Source of the DNA: Cyanophora paradoxa CCMP329
Taxonomy: Eukaryota; Plantae; Glaucophyta
Assembly (NCBI GenBank): GCA_004431415.1
Contig: QPMI01000452.1
Coordinates: forward strand, 1-64,000
Length of the DNA stretch: 64,000 bases
Direction of reading: 5' to 3'
Shown here: positions 38,555 through 51,226 of the stretch, in pieces
Layout of the letters: every line of letters begins with the position of its first letter
How positions within the stretch are numbered: position 1 is the first letter of the stretch
Notes under the pieces: model-generated
Database searches by the model: none
What the model was told of the DNA's origin: nothing
The model's input: the letters and a program-made list of their open reading frames with translations, nothing else
Made by a program: the position numbers and the translations under genes

Positions 38555-41500
38555 ATGGACGTTCTGGGCGGAGGCAGCGTGCGCAGCTTGGGCGGCGGCA
38601 GCGGCAGTGGCAACAACAGCGGGAGGTTTGGCGGCATGCTGGACAGCCCGCGCGCGTCCGTCGACTTCAGCCTGGGGAGCCCGCGCGGCAGCGTCAGTGG
38701 CAAGGGAAACAGGAGGTCGAGCCTTCGGGAGATCCTAGAAGCCGTCGTCGGCGCACGCAGGAGCTCGCTGCTCGACGTCGCCACAAGTGCGTGCCCGCCG
38801 TGGCCGGTTGGGCGGGGGCCGTGCACACAGCGCGCCGGAACGCAGCATGCCTTTTCTAGTTCTAGATAGCTAGATACAGCCTGCAGCCGCGCCGGCAGCG
38901 CCGCCCCCTTCCCGCTTAGACGGCGCGGAGTTCGGTGTCCGGAGGTTGCGAGAGGAGACGGGGGGGACGAGCCACGCCAGAAAGCGCTTCGAGCCCCGCA
39001 CGCAGCGCCGCTAAAGCTTAGAGGAAATGTTTCCTAGAGAGCCGCGTCGCCCCCTGCCCCCTTTCACTGTCCTGAACACTCGCGCCGTACGCTGCACTCT
39101 GTAACGCCAGCGCCGCCGCAGCTGCGCTCACCAAGCAGCACGAGCAAGAGCGCAACGAGAAGGGCTTCAACTGGGGGAGGCTCCGCGAGATCTTCCTGAA
39201 GCCGTGCGCGCCGGTTCTGCCGCGCCACGCCCCGCGCCGGCCCCGACGGACGCCGGCGCCCCGCCTCGCGCGCAGAATTGAGTCGCGGAGGCTCAAGGAC
39301 CTCTCGGACATCTCCGTGTTCCTGCAGGTTCGCCGCCGCCATCGTCGCGGGCGCGGCCCGCGCGGATCAAATCCGCGATCAAATTCGACTTGGCGGCAGG
39401 AGATCCCGTTCTTCGCGTCGCTGCGGCTGCCGGAGAAGGCGCTGCTCGAGGTCTGCAAGGTCCTCACGTACCGCGTCATCCCCGGGGGCCAGGACGGTGC
39501 GCCCGTACCCGTCCCGTCCCGGATCGAATCTCCGGGCCCCCGTGTCCGACCCCTCCTCGCCCGCGTTCGCGCGCAGTGTTCAGGGAGGGCGACGACGGGG
39601 GCGAGATGTTCGCGATCCTGAGCGGGGGGGTAGAGGTGTGGACGGCGGCCAAGTCGGGAGCCCCCGGGGCCCCCGCCGGCGCCGCGCCCCGGCCGCCGGC
39701 GTCGGTCGCCCACGCAGGCCCCGTCGACGCTCAGGTGCGCCCTCCCGCCCGCCCGCTAACAGCTACCACTCGCCTTCGTCCTTCTGAAGCGCGCGGCTGC
39801 CCCGCGCAGGCGTCGACGGCGCCGCGGGGGCCGTGGCGCGCCGGCCTCGCGGAGAAGCGGCGGGGGTCGAACAACGGGGAGGCTCCCCGCGCCCCGCCCA
39901 GCGTCGCCGGCGAGGGCGCCGGGCTGAGCGCCCCCCGCCCGTCCTTCGAGACCCGCCGCCCCGGCCACAAGGCCCGCCCCGCTCCCGTCCCCCACCCCCT
40001 ACCCCCCGCCCCGGCTCACCCGAGGCGACGTCAGGTGAGCCTGCTGGTCTCGTCGAACGAGCTGGACGGGGAGGCGGCGGCGGCGCCCACGCCGCGGCGG
40101 CGCTCGTCGAAGGACCGCGGGGGCGCCGTCACCGACGTGGAGGACCTCCTCGCCGAGGACGACGAGGAGGGCGGGGGCGGGGGAGGGGGCCTCCTCGCCA
40201 GCCTCGGGGCCGCCCGGGGCGCCTCCTTCCGCGGCAACCGCTCCTCCCGCTCCCGCCAGGTGCCCCGCCCCGCCCCCGCCCCCGCCCCCGCCCTCCCTTC
40301 CCCCTCCGCCTCTCCTGAGCCGCCCGCGGCAGCGCCCGGCCGTGTCGGAGAACGACGTCAGCGAGGCCGAGGAGCGCCCCATCGCCCGGCCCCGCCAGCG
40401 GCCCCCGCTCCAGGCGCCCCCGCCCCCGCCCGCCCCCCTCGCCCCCGCGCCCGCTGAGGGGGAGGGGCCGGCAGAGGAACGTGCTCGCCCGGCTGGGCCC
40501 GGGTACGTGCTTCGGCGAGGTCGCCCTCCTCCGCCACCAGCCCCGGTGCGCGCGCGGCGCCCGCGTACCCCCGGGAGGAGATAGCCCCGGCTCACCGGCG
40601 GGGGTTAGGAGCGCCTCGGTCACGGCGACGTGCGACACGGAGCTCGTCGTCCTCGACAAGGTACCCCCCCTCGCCTCCTCCCCCCCTCACGCTCACGTCC
40701 CCTCCCTCCCCTCCCTCCCCTCAGAGGGGCTACGACCGCCAGCTGAAGGTCCGCAGTCCCGCGCGCCCGGTGCCGCGTGGCCCTGTCCGGGGTACCGAAG
40801 ATCCCGGCGCAGGGCTGGAAGGAGGAGGAGCTGCATGCGCGAACGGAGCAGATCCGGTACGCCCTTACCCTGCCCCCCCCCCCTCCCCCCCCAACGCCCG
40901 TGCCGGGTACAGGACCTTCGAGGCGTTCCGGATGCTGAATCTCGAGCGCGCCTCGCGCATCGCCGCCGTCGCCCATCGCCGCCTCGTCGCCCGCGGCACC
41001 GGTACCCCCCTCGCTCCTCCCTCTTTCGGCCGTACCCGGGGCGAGCTTTCGTCGCACGCAGTCATCGTGGAGCAGGGGCGCCCCGTCGGCGCCCTCACGC
41101 TCGTTGTCAAGGGTGCGTTGGAGGGGACGCCGTCTTCTGGTTCTCCATAGCTCACCGTACCCCCCCCCCCCCCCCCCCCAGGCGAGTGCCGGGTCTACGC
41201 GAGCCGCACAGTGGCAGTTGAGGGCGCCCCCGCCCCCGCCCACCCGAACATAGCCCCCACGGTTCGCACGCCCCCTTCACGTACCGTACCCCCGGGGCCC
41301 TTCCGACACCGTACCCAGGGCGAGGCCCGCCTCGACATGTGCCTCGTGGGCCCGGGGGCCATGCTCGGAGACTTCGAGGTACCCGCGTCCGCCCCCCCAC
41401 CGCCCGGCACGGCCTGGTCGCCGTACCCCTCTGAGCCGGGGTACAAGGTGCTGGACGGGCGCCCGGCGGCCTTCTCGGCCGTGGCGGAGACGGCGTGCGA

Positions 41501-42958
41501 CCTGCTGCAGATCGCCCGCCCCGACCTGCTCGCCAGTGCGTCCCTGCGGCACTCCCCGCCCGCTCCGCCCGACCCCGTACCCCCGCCTGAGCGCGCGTAC
41601 CCCCCAGACGTCTCGGACGACAGCATCAACGTCATCCGCGAGTCGAGCCAGGTGCCGCGGAGCCTCGCTCCCGTACCCCGGAGGCCGCGTCTCAGCCCCG
41701 TGCGCAGGCGAAGCTCTCGTACAACTCGACCCGCATCGCGGCGATCCAGCAGGCGCTGCGCTTCGAGGTCCCCGGGTCGAATCTCCCCGGGGACGCCCCC
41801 GCCGCCTCCCCGTCGGACCGCGAGGGGGCCCCCGCCCCCTCCCGCGCCCCCTTCTCCTCCTCCTCCCGCCCAGACTCCCGCTCCGCTTTCTCCCCCGCGA
41901 AGCTCGGCCGTACCCCTCCCGCCCGCCGGCAGGCCACCGTCAGCGTCCGCGCCGTCGGCGGCTGGCTCGACTCCCCCCGCTCCCCGACGTACCCCCCTCC
42001 CGACCCCACCGCCGCCCCCCTGACGCCCGTTCCCCCGTCCGTTTCCCGCTCCGGTGACGCCTCTCCCTCCCCCCGCCCCTCCTCCGTACCCCCTTCCGTC
42101 TTCCGGTGCGCTCGCCGTACCCTCCCTCCGGATACCCGTTCCCCCATCAACGCGTACCCCCAGGAACTCCGCTTCGTCCCCCCGCACCGTCATCGAAGCC
42201 ATCGAGTCGGCGAGGCGACCGGGCATCTCGTGAGCCCCCGTACCCCGAGGAATAGGCGTACCCCCAACCTTTCCCCGCAGGCGCGGGGGGCTCTCCGCCG
42301 GGCCCCTCTCGGCCGACGGCGGCCCCGGGAGCGGATCGGGTACCCCTCGAACGCCCTCCGAGCCGCGGCACGCCTTCGCCGTGTCGGAGCGGGAGAGGGG
42401 TACGTTGGCGGCGGCGGCGGCGACCCTCGTCGCGGCGCCGGCGGCCGCGCGAGCGGAGGGCGAGGCCGCCCGCCCGCCGTACCCCGCCTGGGCCTGGGGC
42501 AGCTCCCCTGATCCCGGCTCCGAGCCGCCCCTCGCCCGGCCGCGCCCCGTCCCTCCCCCCGCCGCCCCCATTGCCTCCGCCTCGTCGTCGTCGCCGCCGG
42601 CGCTGGCGCAGTCGCTGGAGGAGACGCAGCGGCAGCTGCGGGGGCGGACCGGCGGCTGCTGCAGCGGGTGCTGCTGGCGGAGGCGCCGAGCGCGGCGATC
42701 GTGGCGGCGTCGCCGCGGGGGGCGTCGACGGGGGCGGGGCGCGTGGACGTGAACGCGCTGGCGCGGCGCCACTTCGCGGACCTCTTCGCCCGCCGCAGCC
42801 TCCGCTCCGTCGTCGGCGAGCTCACCGCCTCCCTCAAGGGCCCCGGGGCCCCCGCCCCGAGCTCCCGCTCCCCCGCGGGGAGCCCCCGCCCCGGCTTTGC
42901 TCCCGGCGCAGGCGACCGCGAGGCGCCCCGCCCGAGGACCGCCGGCATCTACTCCTAG
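38555..42958 (+). CDS. Host multi-exon cyclic-nucleotide-binding domain protein (two cNMP domains); exon borders not fully resolved
   Basis: EIPFFASL, VFREGDDGGEMFAILSGGVEV, LARLGPGTCFGEVALL..RSASVTA..ELVVLDK, VIVEQG..LVVKG, LVGPGAMLG; ends AGIYS*. Confidence 0.8.
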
Positions 42959-44581
42959 GCCCCCGGCCCGCCCTCCCGCCCCTCGAGCCCCCCCCGGACG
43001 CTCTCCCGGTCCGATATCATAATAGTTCTCGTCTCTTCCGGCATTCTGCGCTGCGTCCTCTGTTCTCTGAAAAGTGGCAATCGCTCCGGATTCAACCTCT
43101 ATGCGATACTATGATGCGATCCTCCTACAGCCTACATACACCGCCCGCGGTTGCATATGCATATGTACATACACCGCCCGCGGTTCTGGCTGCAATGCGG
43201 TCCTCTTTTTCGAGCAAGAAGTTTCGCGGGCCTATGCTATAGCTAGCTATAAGCTTGTGATCACTCAAATATCGACTCGTGAACCCCCCCCCTCGCAGCA
43301 GCAGAAAGAAATCACTTGAAATTATTATCAGAATCGAACTCGAATAATAGGACTAGTACTAAAGCTAGCGCTGGAACAGCGAAGGCTTCAGCTCAGAAAA
43401 CGGCTGCGCATGAAAGACGTGTCATTAACTGCGTACACGCAAGCAGCAATAAATAGCTACAGCGCTAGCATGCGAACCCGGGCATTGGTCACCGCCAGGC
43501 AAATCCTATCAGCGAGTTCGTTGATGCAGGCCTTCTGCATAGAGTTGACCCAAAACATAGCTGCCGCACGTTATAAGAGCTTGGGACGATAATTTTTATG
43601 ACGTCATGAGAGCTGTCCATTGATCTAGAGTGATCAAAGTTTCGAAATGCATCCTCACCGTTGTGACGGGGAAAATTTTGCATATCGGTAGGAAGGCCAT
43701 CCGTTGCAGGGAATCTTTGCTGCGGGTCGTCGACCACTGGAATGATTGCCTTCTCTAGGTGACAGGCCTCTGCTATTTCCTTGTGAACCCTAACATGGGA
43801 GCGTTAATGACAGGACAGGGAAAATTTGACAGAATAACTCGTAAGAACCAATCCTTCGTGTCCGCATCTCCAATGCAGCGATCCAATGTCCCGGGCACGA
43901 GCACAAATACTGGGATTCGGTCAGCTCGCGATCGGTCCGTATCCGTAACATCATTAAAATTGCACCATCACAGCAAGAGGCACGCAGACTTTCGAGAATT
44001 GTGCTATCAAATACACCAGCGCGAAGTGTTTCCAAGTCGAAAAACACAGAGAACCTGGAGCCGAACCCTCTGACTGGGGGCAGGACTGAGCAGGAGCGTG
44101 AGAACGAACCCCCGCGCTTCCAAAACTTCCTTGAGCAGTCCAGCGAGATGGTTTCGCCCATCAAGACGCCGGTACGTAATGCTGACGCACATGTATAGCT
44201 TTAGAGGCACGCAACTAAATCATAGTTTGAGGACTCACAAAGCGTGAAACTTATAGCCAGGGGGCAGCGGAGGAACCGGGGTGCTCTGGTTGTCTGCAAT
44301 CGTGGTAACTGCGAATTAAATACGAACCATGGCCATGGCCATTCATAATGGGCGAAAAGCAGCACCCAGATCGATGTGAATGGGTTTAGGCGCAATCAAT
44401 GGAGCCGGCGTCCCCATCGTCTCGCTTCCACCACGGAGAAAGGTGAACTGGAGACGAAGCACTCCCCCCCGTGCGCCTGTTGGTAAATATTGGTTGATAT
44501 CGAAATGAATGGAGAATTCGTTTGTGAGAGTGCGGGTATATATATATTCAAAAAATTATTAATTAAACACCGGTACCTGTC

Positions 44582-45412
44582 TTAGTCACAAGAGAAGCTG
44601 GAATCGACAAAGGGATCGTCTCGATTCCGCGAGCCTGCGCGAATCGATAATGTATGCATTATGCACGACGTCGATGGCTCTGCATGTATTGTACCAGCTT
44701 TAATCATAACGCGCACCAGCTCGGCTGTTGCAACTGGATTCATAGCAACTGCAGCTGGAGCTCGATCCCGAGATTTAGAAGAAGTGTTTTTCGGCGATTG
44801 CATCTCTTCGTTGATTTTCATCGCAATTTCCGAATGGACTTGCATTTGGGTTTTGAAAACGTCGAAGAGGGACAACTCGATTGGCTCCACGGGCTCGTGT
44901 ATATTTGTGTCTTTGACAGAATTCGAATTAGACTCTCCAGGCACTATCTGTGAACGGAAGATCTTGAGCTTGAGGATATCGATAAGCGCAAATTAAATCG
45001 AACCCCACCTGCACTTTAATAAACAGTTTCGCGTCAGGAGCCACCCCGTCCAGTTTAAGCGCAACGTTCTAAGGGATGTGGTCATGAGAAAAAAAGCGGC
45101 CGAGGCGGCGCAGCCTGCGCAGACTCGCGATCGCATGCGCACCTCTTCCCAACTGGCAGCAAGCCCGCTCTGGGGGTTGTTGCAGAACGACCAGCAGTCG
45201 CACGATTCGCCCGCTTCACGATCCCAGAGCTCGCACGCGTCTCCACACACATTTGCGACGCAACAAAGGGGACACAAGGCCCATGTGCAGAAGCACCCGA
45301 AAATCGCTTCTAAATTGCCCTGGCGGGAACGATGACACGGAACCGACTGAGTTATGGCTTCGATGATCGTGACAGGGCCATCGCTAATCCTTCGAGCCAG
45401 TTCAAGCTTCAC
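44582..45412 (-). other. Two short intronless hypothetical ORFs (one Cys-rich) in a lower-GC block
   Basis: ORFs 44993-45412 (GCFCTWALCPLCC..) and 44582-44944; no recognisable family. Confidence 0.25.
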
Positions 45413-46800
45413 TCGCGCGAGTGGCGTGGAACCTGTTCCGATTGTGCATTGTCAGTTGCATGCGCGTATTATACGGAACTGCACTCGAATTCGCATCGCA
45501 TGTGCACCTGCATTGAGGAATGGGCCCGAAAGGCGTTCCCAGGGGATATGATTGCGCGTGAAGAACTTCCAGTGCTCGATGCGCACCATTAGAGTTCCGT
45601 TCAACATCTTTACGACGTAATGTTGAACGGATGCGGCACGACGTTGATGCGGCGTTGATGCGACGTTGATGCGGCACGACGTCGACCGTCGACGTAATGC
45701 ATGTGCTGGTAGTAGCCTGTTGCCGGAGACAGCCTATAGGCTACGGTATAGCTAGGCTTGCTGCGCTGATGCGTATGCTGCTGATCGCGATGAACGGCCG
45801 GCGCCGCTAACCGTTGAACGTGCTACCCCGGTAACTGACTCAGCTCGACTCCTCAAATTAAAGCGGCCGCTGACCGTGCCAGCGTGGACTCTGCGTGGCC
45901 CATGGCCAGTGGAGACTGGCGGAGTCGTCGGCGTGGACGGTGGACGTCGACGTGCTCACTGAGTCACTCGTGATCTCCGTGCTCGTGAGCAGTGTTTGAT
46001 AATAGTTTCATTGGCAAGCTTTCATTTCGAAAGCTTTCACGAAAACTTTCAAACTCGGGCGTGAAAGCTTTCAATTTCATTGCAACGGGGGTACCCTACA
46101 GCAGGCCTTCCGACGGGGTTTCATGCGGAAAACGACGGTTTTAAGCGACCTGGAGTGCAACAAAGCACAATACCACGTGCACACCAAGACGACAGTTTTA
46201 TGACACGGCAGCCTCCGACGATTTTTTTGTAGAAGGGCGAAGGCAGCCTCCGGAGCTGTACCCCCTCTTCCACCTGAACTTCGGAAACTTGGCTGAAAGG
46301 AGCTCAGGCCTAGGAGCACACTGTGACACGTGCACCCGGCTGCACCGTGGCACGTGCACCACGCGTACGGCCGTGCAGGCTTTACTAAGTTAAGATAGCA
46401 GTTGCAGATCACATATATACTGTATGCATTAAATATTGGAAAGCAGAAACTTGTGTTTGGAGTTCTTAACTTTGGACGCTTGCTTGAATCATTGAATCAG
46501 AATGCTTCCGGTTTCGCTGGGCAAGGTTTCCTTGTATGGGAGCAATCCTCAGGCCTTTCAGAAAGCTTTCATGAAAGCTTTCGAAAATTTCAGGCCCCGG
46601 CCGGGCCGGCCGGGCCCGGCCCCCGCGGCCGGGGGCCGGGGGCCGGGGCCGGGGCCCCGGGGGTACTACGGTAGACCGTACTTTTTTAAGTTTTAGTTAC
46701 TTTTTTTTAATTCGGATCATCGAATCGGATGGGGCTTCCGCGGCGGAAGTTCCGGAATTCGATTCCGCCGCCGCCAGCTGCCGCAGTGCATGCGCAGTAC

Positions 46801-48337
46801 TACTGTAGGATGGCTTTTTTAGCCGTACTTTTAAATTGCCGTATATTGCCGACTCAATGCCGAGACGCCGAATTCGGCAATTTTAAACGACGGCAAGTTA
46901 CTAAGTTACTAAGTTAAGGCTGGCGGCCCAGTGGCGGGCCAGTGGCGGGCCAGTGGCGGGCCAGTGGCGGCCACTGGCCGGCGGCCGTACTGTAGGACGG
47001 CTTAAATTGCCGTCGTGAAAAATTGCCGAATTCGCCCAAAACGGAATTGCCGTGGTAATAAATTGCCGAATCTAAAACTTTTGTTTGTATGGGGCGTCGA
47101 CTGCGGCTGCGGGCCGGGCCCTTGCCGTTGAAGCACTTGTCCCAGGCCGGGCGGCTCGGATGAGCTGGGGCTTAGCCTTGAGGTCCTGCCAGCTCTCGAC
47201 TAGCCAGCGCAGGTGAGGGGCGCCCGGCCTTGATCATGATGCGCGCGCGCGCGAGAGTGACGTCGATCTTGCCGTAGCTACCGCGCTTAAGCTTCGGTTT
47301 CGGTGCCGCGAGGGCATCCTCTACGTATACGCCGTCGTTCGAATTCGCCGCCGCTACGCTTAGCTTCCGCCGGCCGCGGCGTGCGCCCGGGCGCGTACGG
47401 ATCAGGCAGCGGATCAGGCCGAGGGACCGGGGGGGGGGAGGGGGGGGGACGAGCGACATTGCCGTCCCTTAAAATTGCCGAATTCGGCCTCTCGGCAATT
47501 TACGGCAAAATAAAACGACGGCTAAAAAAGCCGTCCTACAGTATATCTGCTCCCTGTGCATGCGTCGCTGGACCCGTTTTTGTCCCTGGTGTTGGTGCCT
47601 GTTCCTGGATCACCCTTTGGTCGGACGGGACCGGGAGACATGGTTTCGGGATCCCCTTGAGAAGTTGAGATGGGCTTTCAGGATACTGTAGGAATGCTTT
47701 TTTAGCCGATGTTTTAAATTGCCGTAAATTGCCGAGAGGCCGAATTCGGCAATTTAGCATCACGGCAATTGCTTGGGGGGTAGGTACTTTCCTAGCCCCC
47801 CATAGAGCAGAATCTGGATTCGGCAATTTATCGCCACGGCAATTCCAGTTTTGGTCGAATTCGGCAATTCAACTACGCGGCAATTTAAGCATTCCTACAG
47901 TATACCGCGCGGCCCGGGTTTTGAGGAGGTCGGGGAAACGGGATTTGGGGTGGGGTTCTCAGTGCTTCTTCTCACGGTTGGGCCCGAAGGAGAGGGACAG
48001 GGGAAGAGTCCCGGAAGACGCGGGCCACTACTGTAGGAATGCTTAAATTGCCGCGTAGTTAAATTGCGCCGAATTCGACCAAAACCGGAATTGCAGTGGC
48101 GAAAAAATGCCGAAACTCTGGATCCCCCGGATTTCTTCGATGGCGCCGGCGCCATACAAATTAAAAGCGTCCGTTTCGCCCAGCGGCCCAGGATCGCCCT
48201 ATAGGCTATAGCTACCCCCTGACTCACTGATTAAGTGAGAATTCGAATTGCCGTGGCTTAAAATTGCCGAGTTCGGCCTCTCGGCAATAAACGGCAATTT
48301 AAACCATCGGCTAAAATTAAAAAGCATTCCTACGGTA
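46801..48337. mobile_element. Cluster of four non-autonomous TIR elements (MITE-like) with TACTGTAGGA ends
   Basis: Units 46801-~46915 (truncated), 46988-47543, 47684-47902, 48029-48337; subterminal AAATTGCCG / CGGCAATTT repeats; TA at the termini. Confidence 0.8.
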
Positions 48338-48729
48338 GTAGTCTACTACTAGTAGAGTCTAAGATTAACTTTGTCATTAAGAACCATGGCCAGCTGCAGG
48401 CTGCAGCCTGGCTGCAGCTGAGCCTGCAGACTGCATGCGCAGTTTAAAATGAGCTTTATTATTTCTACTGTGTAGACTGTTTTATTTCTAGGTCGGACGC
48501 GCGTACCCTCCAGGCCGACCCGAATAAAACATTGCGAGCCAGATTGGAATTGTCGATCCGCATGAGTGGGAAAAGGCATCAATCTAAAATAGCTATGGTA
48601 AATAGTCAGCATCCCGCCTGGCCCCGGGAGCCGCAGTGGAGCGTAATCCACCGTGCCTCTAGATCTGCCACAGTCTGCCTCGGCCTCCCCCTGATCCCCG
48701 GCACCGAGCCGCCCCTCCGAGGCCTCCGT

Positions 48730-49585
48730 CTCGTCCCCCCGCACCGTCATCGAAGCCCTCAAGTCGGCGAGGCGACCGGGCATCTCGCGATCGTGAGCCC
48801 CCGGCCCGTACCCCGAGGAATAGCCTAGTAGGCGTACCCCCCAAACCTTTGCGCGCAAGCGCGGGGCGCTCTCGAGCTCCGCCGGGCCCCTCTCGGCCGA
48901 CGGCGGCCCCGGGAGCTCGAGCGGATCGGGTACCCCGCGAACGCCCTCCGAGCCGCGCCACGCCTTCGCCGTGTCGGAGCGGGAGAGGGGTACGCTGGCA
49001 GCTCCCCCTGATCCCCGGCTCCGAGCCGCCCCTCCCCCCGGCCCCGCCCCTTCCCCCCGCCGCCCCCACCGCCCCCTCCTCCTCGTCGTCGCCGCCGGCA
49101 CTGGCGCAGTCGCTGGATCCCCGGAGGAGACGCAGCTGCATGCGCAGCTGCGGGGGGCGGACCGGCGGCTGCTGCAGCGGGTGCTGCTGGCGGAGGTGCC
49201 GAGCGCGGCGATCGTGGCGGCGTCGCCGCGGGCGGCGTCGACGCCGGCGGGGCGGGTGGACGTGAACGCGCTGGCGCGGCGCCACTTCGCGGACCTCTTC
49301 GCCCGCCGCAGCCTCCGCTCCGTCGTCGGCGAGCTCACCGCCTCCCTCAAGGGCCACGGGGCCCCCGCCCCGAGCTCCCGCTCCCCCGCGGGGAGCCCCC
49401 GCCCCGGCGCAGGCGACCGCGAGGCGCCCCGCCCCAGGACCGCCGGCATCTACTCCTAGCCCGCCGGCCCGCCGGCGCGCCCTCTCACCTCTCCCGCGCC
49501 TCGAGCCGTCCCCGGCCTCTCTCCCGGTCCGACACCACGTCCTCGTCTCCTTAGGCATTCTGCGCAGCGTCCTCTATTCTCTGCT
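48730..49585 (+). pseudogene. Partial duplicate of the 3' end of the cNMP gene (~42170-43070)
   Basis: Near-identical exons ending RPRTAGIYS*; 5' exons absent. Confidence 0.8.
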
Positions 49586-49836
49586 CCGCTCGCTCCGTCG
49601 ATCAAGTGTACGCATCGTGTGCGACTTGACATGAACTCGTGCACATGTACATCGCTGTGTTCGCTTGAAGCACTTGAAGCACCGTCGCAGTGTGGCACAG
49701 CCTGCGGTGCACGGATCGAAGCGTGCGCCGCTTGTCCGCCCCTAGCTGTAGGGCCTCCAGCGGTGGCGCGCGCGGATGGCCGGAGGGCCCCGCACTCGAC
49801 TCGGCGACGGCGCCGCCGGAGCGGGCGCGGCGAGGG

Positions 49837-50703
49837 TCAGCCCGTGGGGCTCACGTCCATCTTAATCGCAGCCTTGACGATCACGCCGCCGCGCACCTGC
49901 ACACCCCCTCCCGTCAGCTGCGGGCAGAGTTCGCGGCCCGCGCGCAGACGGGAGCCGAGGGGGCTCACGGTGTAGACGGCGAGGCAGTGGGCGGTGCGCA
50001 GTGGCCCGCGGATGATCTGCGGGCCAGGTCAGCAGGCCTGGGCCTAGGCGTGAAGAGAAAGCTTAAGCAGACGAGGCGGGCGCGGGCGGGCGGGCCTCGC
50101 GGTCGACGACGGTGTCGCCCATCGCGAGGCGGCCGACGACGTCGCAGTGCAGCTCCGGCGACTTGAAGCGCTCCACGTACCTGCGCATGCGGCCGGGCGC
50201 CGAAACCCGGGCCTCGCTGCCGGCGCCGCGCGCCACCGCGCGCGCGCGAACCTCGGGCGCATCTCTTCCTTTCCGCTCGCCAGAACCTGCGTCGCGGCGC
50301 GTCGGTCCAGTGAGCGCGCGCACGTACACTTCGATTCGCTGGCCGCGCGGCGGCGGACGCTCACCTTGCCGTCGTCGAGGTTCACCAGCAGCGCGTCGTC
50401 AGCGAAGCAAGCCAAGAAAGCGTCGATGTCGCGGGCGTTGTAGGTCTCCACCTGCCTCTGCACGACCGCGATTGGGCTCTGATCATGAGCTTGCTCGCCT
50501 TTCGCAGTTACTGAGAAGACGACACGCCTCCTTTCCGCCGAGGCCGATGCGCGGCGGGCGCCGAAGAAGGAGCGACCGCCGCGGCCGGCGGCATGCGCAG
50601 CGGAAGATATCGATGCGCATGCCCGAACCGCACGCGGCACCACGGCAACGGCACGACCGCGGAGGCTACAGCTGGATGGGCAAGAAACGAAGGTCGGGAC
50701 CAT
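49837..50703 (-). CDS. SnoaL/NTF2-like domain protein with a putative plastid transit peptide (spliced)
   Basis: SPIAVVQRQVETYNARDIDAFLACFADDA..YVERF..LHCDVVGRLAMGDTVVDRE; leader MVPTFVS...RSFFGAR. Confidence 0.8.
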
Positions 50704-51226
50704 GCTTAGAGACTTGCAATTGTCGAAGGCCGGTCAACTTCGACGCGGCTCGCGCCTTCGAGCGGCTCAGGCCAAGACTGTGTGAAGCCGCGGCGCCGGC
50801 GATGCAGCTTCGCGCGTCGCGTGAGCGCGCTGGGGTACAGCCAGATTCCGCTCCGAGAAACGGTGTTCGAGCGCCCTTCCCTGTGGGCACCACTACGATA
50901 GCTAAGGCAACTAACGCGCACAGATCATCGGATCGCCGTGGAGCACCCAGCCGGAGCTGCGAGGCGGATCGGATCCAACTTCCGCAGCACATGCAATTGC
51001 GCGTCAGGGAAAAAAACAGGAGCTACCACCGCCTACCAGTACTGGTCCGGTAGATCTCAGGGGGTTTCACCCACGTCAGCAGCAGCGTACGCACGTTAAG
51101 AAGCTAGATCGGCTGCAGGCACGCGTGCTCGTGCCACGGTGCGGCGTCTGTCGGGTTTCAAGATTCGGCCAGCAGCTCGCAGCAGCACGGTTTCCGAACC
51201 ACGTACGCACCGGCGAGCAGCTGTAG

